From the NCBI GenBank assembly GCA_030648155.1, contig JAUSIK010000002.1, forward strand, positions 17,205-81,204: a stretch of 64,000 nt of DNA, given 5' to 3'. Each line of letters begins with the position of its first letter. Position 1 is the stretch's first letter. This DNA is from Nanobdellota archaeon (GTDB lineage: Archaea > Nanobdellota > Nanobdellia > Pacearchaeales > GW2011-AR1). Below the pieces are notes generated by a model. That model searched no databases, was not told where the DNA came from, and worked only from the letters and a program-made list of their open reading frames with translations. Made by a program: the position numbers and the translations under genes. Shown here one piece after another: positions 30,777 through 38,478 of this stretch.

Positions 30777-32192
30777 ATGAAAGTTAAATCAAGACCTCGT
30801 AATTATTGGCATAATTGGGATAATTTTAGTAGAGAACTTTGCGAAGTAATTGATAATATAGGGCATTTTCCAAGTTCTACAGAATTATATAAATCAGGAA
30901 AAGCCGTGCTATGGGCTATAATGAGGGATCATCATGGTGGAGTAAATACTGTCAGAGAAAAATTTGGATACAGTAGAATTGAAAAACCGAAACAATACTC
31001 CCAATTAATGTTTGAAACTGAACAACAATTGAAGGAAAATCTAAAGGATTATATTGAAAGAGAATATGAAAAGGGTTCAGTGCATACGGTTACAGAAAAA
31101 TTAAATCAAAAACTTCAAGGCTTTTCGCTTAAGAGTCCGACAGTTTGGACATGGTTTAAAGTTCTAGGAATTAAAGCAAGAAAAGGATATGAAACCAATT
31201 CTCTTCAGACATGGGAAGAAAAGCCCTCAAAAGAACAACTAACACAATGGCATCTTAAAGAGGGAAAATCTGCTTATGAATTAAGTAAAAAATTTGGAGT
31301 CAGCCGTAATGCTGTTTTGAACCTTCTTCATACATCAGGTATAACTGTCCGTAATAAGAGAAATATTTATGATAATAAAGAAGCACGAAAGCACGCAATG
31401 GATGAACTTTTAAATGCTTGTAACAAGAGGCCTGAAGAAATAACTAGCCCAGATTTTGTTAAAGCACAAAAACAAGATGGAACATGTTATAGTGGAGTTC
31501 TTGCATGGTATCAACGAAAAAACTTAGGAAGTACAAAAAAATCCATAGATTTCCTTCTTGAAGATCTTTATGGAATTCCTTTAGAAGAAAGAAATCCAAA
31601 GTTAAAAAGAGGCTTGTACGAAAATAAGCAATACCGTAAAAAATTTGTTGATGAATTCCTGTCAAAAATTGACAAGCCTATTTATGAATTGAAACCTAAT
31701 GATTTTGCCAAAATAAAACAAGTCAATGGTCATTCTTATATTGGAATTATTACTTGGTACGCGGACGCGCACGAATGCAGTCATATACAAGCACTTGAAA
31801 TCCTCGCTCAAGATTTATTTGATAAAAATTTATCCCTATTAAGCAAAAGGATAACAATTGATAGATATAATAAAAAATCTTTCAGAAAAAAGGTTGTACA
31901 CCAACTTCTTGAATACCTTGGTAAAAACCCGGAAGAACTTTCTACAGATGATTTCGAAAAAAACAAACAAGAAGACGGCTCATCCTTTTTAAGGATCCTA
32001 CTATGGTACAAAAGAAAATACCAGTGTAAAATAGGAGAAGCAAGAGATAAGCTTGTAGAAGATATATTTAGCATAAATATGCCAGAAAAGAGAAAACTAA
32101 AAAAATTAAATCAGAAACCACAAAATCAAGTTAATAATTTTTTGAAAGATGACCTTGAAAATATATTAATTAAATATATTAAAGATAAGTAA
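30777..32192 (+). CDS. Mosaic protein F: one family repeat, HTH-like segments and three copies of a second ~80-aa repeat
   Basis: RPRNYW...HHGG, then KSAYELSKKFGVSRNAVLNLL (HTH-like), then 3 x Y..K..RK....LL....K.PEE....DF......DG..Y..IL.WY...L.ED. Tail LENILIKYI. Confidence 0.8.
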   Translation: MKVKSRPRNYWHNWDNFSRELCEVIDNIGHFPSSTELYKSGKAVLWAIMRDHHGGVNTVREKFGYSRIEKPKQYSQLMFETEQQLKENLKDYIEREYEKGSVHTVTEKLNQKLQGFSLKSPTVWTWFKVLGIKARKGYETNSLQTWEEKPSKEQLTQWHLKEGKSAYELSKKFGVSRNAVLNLLHTSGITVRNKRNIYDNKEARKHAMDELLNACNKRPEEITSPDFVKAQKQDGTCYSGVLAWYQRKNLGSTKKSIDFLLEDLYGIPLEERNPKLKRGLYENKQYRKKFVDEFLSKIDKPIYELKPNDFAKIKQVNGHSYIGIITWYADAHECSHIQALEILAQDLFDKNLSLLSKRITIDRYNKKSFRKKVVHQLLEYLGKNPEELSTDDFEKNKQEDGSSFLRILLWYKRKYQCKIGEARDKLVEDIFSINMPEKRKLKKLNQKPQNQVNNFLKDDLENILIKYIKDK

Positions 32193-32252
32193 AACCCTTA
32201 ACAAATTAGCCGTATCAGAAAGATTTAAAAGTACTAGTAAAATACGAATAAA

Positions 32253-32795
32253 ATGGGAAAAAAGCCAAAAATAGATTTAGATGCACGAGTAGAATCGTAT
32301 CGTAGCTCTGCAAATGATATTCTTAATAAAGAGTTTTTTGCTAGAAGAGCAGAAGTAGTAGCCAGAGAAATTTTAGGCATGACTATGGTTCGTGTTCTTC
32401 CTAATAAAAGTATTATTAGAGCAAGAATCCATGAAATTGCTGCTTACGAGGGCACTACAAATAAGACTGCAGATACAATTAGTTATCCTCCTGGAGTTTT
32501 AGGGATAAGTATGCACTATGGGAATAATCTTATAGACATTGGAACACACAAAAGTGATTCCCCTTCCTGTATAACTCTAATCAGCGGGCTTTTTTACACA
32601 GGAAAAGAGCCAAAATTAGTACAAGGGCCTGGAAGACTTTCTAAGGAATTAGGGATTACACAAGAGCATGATAAGATTCCTATTTATGATAATCAACAAT
32701 TTTGGATTGAGCGTAATACTCAATATGGAGAAGAAGTCAAGAAGAGAGAAAAATCTGGGCTTCCTGAAAATTGTTTAGGGTTTTTCTACATATAA
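32253..32795 (+). CDS. mpg: 3-methyladenine DNA glycosylase (Mpg/AAG family), divergent
   Basis: EFFARRAEVVAREILG, RARIHEIAAYEG, YPPG, QGPGRLSKELGI. Confidence 0.75.
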   Translation: MGKKPKIDLDARVESYRSSANDILNKEFFARRAEVVAREILGMTMVRVLPNKSIIRARIHEIAAYEGTTNKTADTISYPPGVLGISMHYGNNLIDIGTHKSDSPSCITLISGLFYTGKEPKLVQGPGRLSKELGITQEHDKIPIYDNQQFWIERNTQYGEEVKKREKSGLPENCLGFFYI

Positions 32796-32841
32796 TCCCA
32801 CATATCAACACCCTTAAATATACAATTAAATTATCTACCCC

Positions 32842-34497
32842 ATGCTGGAAAAAGAAATTAAGGCTTATGCTTTGCGAAACGCAATTGAATACGGAAAAGC
32901 ATCTCCAGACAGAATTCTCCCAAAATTATTTCAGCATGGATTGCAGAAAGAAAATATAAAGGAAATTATGCCTGAAATTAAAAAAATAACTGATGAGGTA
33001 AATGCCCTTTCAAAAGAGGATCAACAAACTATTTTTGCAAATTACAAAGACATGATTAAAGAAAGAGTGGAAAAAGAAAAAACACTTCCAGAACTCCCTA
33101 ATGCTATACAAGGAAAAGTCCTCACAAGAATTGCACCTGAACCCTCCAAATACCTTCATATCGGGCACGCAATTTCATTTTTATTAAACTCTTTTTATGC
33201 AGAAAAATATAAAGGAAAATGCCTAATAAGATTTGACGACGCAAATCCAGAAAAAGTTAGCCAAGATTATGTTGATTCAATCCTAGACGACATAAAAAAT
33301 TATCTGGCAATTAAACCAAATAAAATTAAATTTATTTCAGATGATATGAAAATTTTCTATCAATATGCTGAAAAACTAATCAAGGATAATCATGCATTTA
33401 TGTGTTTCTGTGATAGAGAAAAAATGCAAAAATTGAGGCACGATGGAATAGAATGCAGTTGCCGTCAAAAAGACACTAAAACTCAAATGAAGGAGTGGAA
33501 AGATTTCCTTAAGGGTAAATATAAAGTGGGAAAAGCAGTATTAAGAATAAAAGGAAATATGCAGGATTCTAATCATGTTATGCGGGATCCAGTTATTTTT
33601 AGGTCTGTAAAAGAAGCACATTTTAGGACAAAAACAAAATACAAAGTCTGGCCTATGTATGATTTCTATAGCCCAGTGGAAGATAGCATCATGGGAGTAA
33701 CTCATATTTTAAGAAGCAATGAATTCGACCAAAGAGTCCCATTGCATAATCTTATTTCTCATCTATTGAAATTAAAACAGCAGGAAATAATTCAATATGG
33801 GAGGTTCAATGTTATGGATGCAACAACTAAAGGAAGAGAGATAAGAGATTTAATAAAATCAGGCGAATTTATTGGATGGGATGACCCTCGGCTTGTAACT
33901 TTAAAAGCTCTAAAAAGAAGAGGAATAACAAAAGAAGCCTTTCTTGAATTGTTAAATCATATAGGGCTTGTAAAGCACGATGTAAATCTAGATTTCAATA
34001 TGATTGCCTCTATAAATAGAAAAATAATTGACCCTATAGCAAAAAGATATTACTTTGTAGATAACCCACTCGAATTAGATATAAAAAATGCTCCATCTAC
34101 ATTGCAGATTGAAATTCCAATACATCCTAATAATCCAAAAGTATTAAGAGAAGTTAGAGTAACTCCAGGGAAAGTTTACATCTCAAAAAAGGATTTTAAT
34201 GAGTTTAAAGGAAAGGAAGTTAGGTTACTGCACCTATACAACATTAAACTTCCTTCTAAAGGTTCAAAAGCAGAATTCACTTCAATCGAAAATAAAGATA
34301 TTCCAAAAATTACTTGGGTTTCATTCCCTCAAAAAGCTAAAGTCTTAATGCCAGATGGCTCATGGGTTGAAGGTCTAGCTGATGAAAATATTAGAGAGTT
34401 AAAAGTTGATTCAATCATTCAGTTTGAGCGTTTTGGTTTTGTAAGACTTGATAAAATTTCCAAACAAGCCTATGAATTTTGGTTTGCACATAGATAA
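32842..34497 (+). CDS. gltX: Glutamate--tRNA ligase, archaeal type
   Basis: TRIAPEPSKYLHIGHA, RFDDANP, MRDPVIFR, GVTHILRSNEF, GWDDPRLVTL, QFERFGFVRLD. Confidence 0.96.
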   Translation: MLEKEIKAYALRNAIEYGKASPDRILPKLFQHGLQKENIKEIMPEIKKITDEVNALSKEDQQTIFANYKDMIKERVEKEKTLPELPNAIQGKVLTRIAPEPSKYLHIGHAISFLLNSFYAEKYKGKCLIRFDDANPEKVSQDYVDSILDDIKNYLAIKPNKIKFISDDMKIFYQYAEKLIKDNHAFMCFCDREKMQKLRHDGIECSCRQKDTKTQMKEWKDFLKGKYKVGKAVLRIKGNMQDSNHVMRDPVIFRSVKEAHFRTKTKYKVWPMYDFYSPVEDSIMGVTHILRSNEFDQRVPLHNLISHLLKLKQQEIIQYGRFNVMDATTKGREIRDLIKSGEFIGWDDPRLVTLKALKRRGITKEAFLELLNHIGLVKHDVNLDFNMIASINRKIIDPIAKRYYFVDNPLELDIKNAPSTLQIEIPIHPNNPKVLREVRVTPGKVYISKKDFNEFKGKEVRLLHLYNIKLPSKGSKAEFTSIENKDIPKITWVSFPQKAKVLMPDGSWVEGLADENIRELKVDSIIQFERFGFVRLDKISKQAYEFWFAHR

Positions 34498-34543
34498 TCT
34501 TCTATCTAGAAACATTTATATATCAATTAATATTTATGTCATC

Positions 34544-34975
34544 ATGTTTATGTCAAAAAGAGGTTTGAGTGACGTTGTAACAGTTTCGCTTATCATTTTG
34601 TTAGCGATAGCCGCTGTTGTAATTGTCTGGACTTTCGTGCGGCCAACGCTAGAAAGTACAGGTAAAGAAATAGCAAGTGGTAATTGTTTGGCAGTAGAAT
34701 TAAAGCCAATTAGTTGTTCTTTATCAGATGGTACAGTTAGACTAATAAATCAAGGAGGTCAAATTACGGTAAATTCTGTTAAATTAATTTATTATGATAA
34801 TGCAGGTGTAAGTGTCGGAACTGATGATGGAGATTGTAATAATATTGCACCAGCACAAACCCAATCTTGTCTTCCTGACAACGGAATTCCAGCTGGTGCA
34901 GTTAAAGCTTCAGTCGCTGCAGTTTTAGGCGACAAAGTTTGTCCTATTTCAACAACTACTGTTCCTTGTATTTAA
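34544..34975 (+). CDS. Archaeal type IV pilin (class III signal peptide)
   Basis: KRG/LSDVVTVSLIILLAIAAVVIVW. Start placed at ATG 34544 (or 34550) downstream of a TATA box at ~34515. Cys-paired globular domain. Confidence 0.85.
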   Translation: MFMSKRGLSDVVTVSLIILLAIAAVVIVWTFVRPTLESTGKEIASGNCLAVELKPISCSLSDGTVRLINQGGQITVNSVKLIYYDNAGVSVGTDDGDCNNIAPAQTQSCLPDNGIPAGAVKASVAAVLGDKVCPISTTTVPCI

Positions 34976-35040
34976 ATTTCTTAATAAAAATTCTATGTCC
35001 ACCTCGAAAGCTTTATAAATAAGAATTCCCACAATAAAGT

Positions 35041-35529
35041 ATGATAAACCAAAAAAGAGGTTTGAGTGACGTTGTAACAGTTTCGCTTATCATTTTGTTA
35101 GCGATAGCCGCTGTTGTAATTGTCTGGACTTTCGTGCGGCCAACGCTAGAAAGTACAGGTAAAGAAATAGCCGGTGGAAACTGTTTAGCAGTTGAAGTAA
35201 AGGTAGTAAGTTGCACAATTCCGAGAGATGCAGCAAGATTGCCAAATGGCCCAGCTACCGTAGTTGTAGAAAATGGCCCTGGCCAAACAACAGTTGACAA
35301 AGTAAAACTTGTCTACTACCAAACTGCAGCAGCAAACTCGAATTCAGAGATAGTTGATGGAAGCGTATCTTGCGACGATATAGGTCCTCTTGCTAGGAAG
35401 ACTTGTACAACAGCACTTGCAGGCATACCATATAACACCGTTGCCAATGCACCAGCTAAAGTTGGCGTTGCAGCAGTTTTAGGTGAAAGGACTTGTCCAG
35501 TTTCAACAGAAACTGTAACTTGCAGTTAA
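35041..35529 (+). CDS. Archaeal type IV pilin, paralogue
   Basis: Same signal peptide. 35052-35171 is identical to 34555-34674. Confidence 0.88.
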   Translation: MINQKRGLSDVVTVSLIILLAIAAVVIVWTFVRPTLESTGKEIAGGNCLAVEVKVVSCTIPRDAARLPNGPATVVVENGPGQTTVDKVKLVYYQTAAANSNSEIVDGSVSCDDIGPLARKTCTTALAGIPYNTVANAPAKVGVAAVLGERTCPVSTETVTCS

Positions 35530-35532
35530 AAC

Positions 35533-35573
35533 TTTATTTAACTTTTTTTTCTAATTTATTTCTTTTTTTTCTT
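35533..35573 (+). terminator. Oligo-T archaeal terminator region after the pilin gene
   Basis: Multiple T-runs (T7, T8) directly after the stop, between convergent genes. Confidence 0.45.
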
Positions 35574-35585
35574 CACTAGGAAAAA

Positions 35586-36974
35586 TCATTTAATTTTATA
35601 AACCAAATCCAATTTAACATCATCTCTTAATTTATATTCTCTATATCTATATCCATCAGGGAGAATGCTGTTGCTGAATATATCTCCTTTTACTATATAA
35701 TAATCATATTCATTTCCAAATTCAGCCCTCTCCACCTTATCTAAATACTCCACATTTTTATTATCCAAATAAAATGGCAGTGGCCAATAACTATCAGACA
35801 CTATCAATATTCTCTCTCCTGATTTATACTGCCCTTCTAAATCTTTTATTAAATTTAAGATGTCTCCATCAGTATGAACATATGCAAAATAATTATCGCT
35901 TTGCCACGTATGAACGTAGTTGACATAAATAGAAAAGAATACTAAGTAAATTACTGCTACTCCTGTAATTGCTATGGATATTTTTCTATTAGGGATATGC
36001 CTAATCCCAATAACTGCCATCATAATCATTGGAAGTGTTATATTTACCACAAGCCAGGGAGTTTTGTATCCAATAAAACTGTATATTAGAAATATAAATA
36101 CGAACCAAATAGCCATGTTTCTCATGAATATATTTCTTCTATCTTTAATACATGCCCACAATCCAACTAAAGAAAGTAATAATAATGGAAATTCGTATTG
36201 AGCAATAAGTTCGATATAATAATAAAATGGCTTTTGATGTCCAGGTTCATTTAATCCTCTTTCTGTCCATGACAAATATCCATTAAATGAATTCTTTAAT
36301 CCAGAAAAATTACTGAAAAAACTTGTAAATAGAACAATGTAAATAAGCAAAAATAATACTATCGATGCCCAAATTTTCTTTCTATCGTTAAAATCTATAT
36401 CACTAATTTCTTTGTAATTTACAGCAACAATTACAGCCATAATAAATCCCATAATTATAGTCGTCTCCTTAGTAACTAATAAAAGTGCCAATGAAAGAGC
36501 AAACAAAGGTAATTGCTCTAAATTTTTACTCTCAATTATAGTAGTTAATGAATAAACACCCAAAAATCCAGCTAAAATGAATAAACTCTCATGTATGGAG
36601 TATCTCGAATAATATAATAAAGATGGTGATATAAGTAATAAAGAAGAAAAAAGATATTTATTATAGCTTCTTCTATTTTTTAAAAATAAAGGAATAATAA
36701 CTAGGGCAATTCCAAATATGGCTGATGGGAATCTCAATGCAAATTCATTTACCCCAAGCAGGAAAAAAGATAAAAACAATATAAAAAAATAAGATGGCCC
36801 GTGATAGTTTAAAGGGTCGTATGCAAAACCCCTCCCTTCAAGTATATTATCAGCAAAGAAGTAATTAACACCCTCATCATGATGCAGTGGCCTTATATCT
36901 AAAAATATCAATCTAGAAATAATTGCCAAAATAATAATCCCAATTATAATGTGATTTCTATTCAACTTCCGCAT
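35586..36974 (-). CDS. GT-C/PMT-like membrane glycosyltransferase (Agl23-like, glycosylation-associated)
   Basis: RPLHHDEGVN, YDPLNYHGP, ALRFPSA, SPSLLYYSRY..HE, TKET, YKTPWL. Multiple TM helices. Confidence 0.8.
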   Translation of the reverse strand: MRKLNRNHIIIGIIILAIISRLIFLDIRPLHHDEGVNYFFADNILEGRGFAYDPLNYHGPSYFFILFLSFFLLGVNEFALRFPSAIFGIALVIIPLFLKNRRSYNKYLFSSLLLISPSLLYYSRYSIHESLFILAGFLGVYSLTTIIESKNLEQLPLFALSLALLLVTKETTIIMGFIMAVIVAVNYKEISDIDFNDRKKIWASIVLFLLIYIVLFTSFFSNFSGLKNSFNGYLSWTERGLNEPGHQKPFYYYIELIAQYEFPLLLLSLVGLWACIKDRRNIFMRNMAIWFVFIFLIYSFIGYKTPWLVVNITLPMIMMAVIGIRHIPNRKISIAITGVAVIYLVFFSIYVNYVHTWQSDNYFAYVHTDGDILNLIKDLEGQYKSGERILIVSDSYWPLPFYLDNKNVEYLDKVERAEFGNEYDYYIVKGDIFSNSILPDGYRYREYKLRDDVKLDLVYKIK

Positions 36975-37170
36975 GCTTTCTTACCGATATAATAGGATTT
37001 AAATATTACTTTCTTAATGCGTATTAAGAATATAGAAAGGCTTTTTTCATTACTCCTGCGAATATTTCTTCTTCTCTTGATATATTTTCTGTTATATCCT
37101 ATACAGAAATAGCTAATTTACATTTTTGTAGAGCAAGATTTATATACTTCTTACATATCTTACTATTAAG

Positions 37171-37428
37171 ATGAAACAAGAAATCAAAGAAATAAGGACT
37201 ATTAAAATCACTGAAAAAGGACAGGTTTGCATCCCTAAGGAAGCAAGGGAAATAGCTGGATTTAAGGAAGGTTCTAAAGTAAATCTTATTGTGTATAATG
37301 ATAAAGTTGAACTTAGGCCTATGAAGAAAGGCATAAACGAGGCTATGTTTGCGATGCTTGCAAGTGAAGAAGTTTTGGCACAGGCTTGGAATACAAAAGA
37401 GGAAGATGAAGCATGGAAGGACTTATAA
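37171..37428 (+). CDS. AbrB/MazE-family antitoxin
   Basis: KITEKGQVCIPKEARE..GFKEG and C-terminal W...EEDEAWKDL. Confidence 0.85.
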   Translation: MKQEIKEIRTIKITEKGQVCIPKEAREIAGFKEGSKVNLIVYNDKVELRPMKKGINEAMFAMLASEEVLAQAWNTKEEDEAWKDL

Positions 37429-37754
37429 ATTACGAGAGAGGTGAAGTTGTAATATTTCGGTTTCCATTTTCAGATACAGGCGAAGTCAAAAAAAGGCCCT
37501 CTTTGGTTGTTGCGAAACTTAGGGGAGACCATGTAATTTTATCACAAATTACAAGTCAACCAAGACCTGATCCTGATCTAGTAGAACTGAAGCTTAAAGA
37601 CTTCCAATCTGGAAGTATTAGCAGGGATAGTTTTATTAGGTCTTCTATTTTATTTACAATTCATAAATCTAAAATTGACTATAAAGCAGGGAAATTAAAA
37701 CCTGAAAAAATCAAAGAAGTTGAAAAGAAACTTGTTGAGATTTTTACCCGCTAA
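37413..37754 (+). CDS. PemK/MazF-family toxin
   Basis: RGEVVIFRFPFSD...KKRPSLVV...ITSQ. Overlaps the antitoxin gene. Confidence 0.88.
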   Translation: MEGLINYERGEVVIFRFPFSDTGEVKKRPSLVVAKLRGDHVILSQITSQPRPDPDLVELKLKDFQSGSISRDSFIRSSILFTIHKSKIDYKAGKLKPEKIKEVEKKLVEIFTR

Positions 37755-37918
37755 TAATACGGCATACCATCGATATTCTGAAAAACTGATGATGTACCTC
37801 CTGTTTTGGGAAGATATAAAGCATTGGACTTATTTAATATAGAATTTAAAAAAGGTTCAGAAATTATTTTTAATAAACAAAACAATTAATTTAAATATTG
37901 CTTTTATCTATTAATAAA

Positions 37919-38458
37919 ATGATAGAGGTTGAAGGCAAAGTCAAAATATCTGATCCTGCATTTTTTAGGGAAAAAATAAAAAAATTAGCAAAATTCAAGA
38001 AAAAAGAAATTAAGATCGATGACTATTACACTCTAGAAAATTTAAATCATTATCCTAAAAAAAGCCTAAGAATAAGAAAAAAAGGAAGCATATATGAAAT
38101 CAACTTCAAACAGAGTTTATCCTTCAAGAATGGAATTCATGCAAAAGACGAGCATGAATTCACTCTAAAATCCATCAATCCATTCTTAAATCTAATAAAA
38201 GAATTTGGCTTCAAGCATTGGCTTAAGAAAGAAAAAATAACAGAGTTGTTTGAAATTTCGAAAAATTTCCACATAGAGCTTAACCATGTTAAAGAGTTAG
38301 GTTGGTTTTTAGAAATAGAGTACCTTTCTTCAAAAGATCAAATAAATTCAGCAAGAATGCAAGTTTCAAATATAATCAAGAAACTTGGCATAAAACAAAA
38401 CGATCTAGTGAAAGAAGGATATACCAAAATTCTCTGGAATAAAAAACTATATAAATAG
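37919..38458 (+). CDS. CYTH-domain protein (class IV adenylate cyclase-like)
   Basis: IEVEGK (ExExK), DDYY, LRIR, LGWFLEIE, GYTKIL. Confidence 0.85.
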   Translation: MIEVEGKVKISDPAFFREKIKKLAKFKKKEIKIDDYYTLENLNHYPKKSLRIRKKGSIYEINFKQSLSFKNGIHAKDEHEFTLKSINPFLNLIKEFGFKHWLKKEKITELFEISKNFHIELNHVKELGWFLEIEYLSSKDQINSARMQVSNIIKKLGIKQNDLVKEGYTKILWNKKLYK

Positions 38459-38478
38459 TCATTTTCTAATAGTAACGT

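Noticed and set aside
34448..34543. N-terminal extension of the first pilin given by the ORF track
   Set aside because: It overlaps gltX and contains the TATA box. The class III signal peptide and the paralogue point to a start at 34544 or 34550.
34555..35171. Diversity-generating retroelement template/variable repeat pair
   Set aside because: The two copies are identical rather than differing at adenines, they lie at the 5' end, and no reverse transcriptase is in the window. The 27748/29877 pair also differs mostly at synonymous sites.
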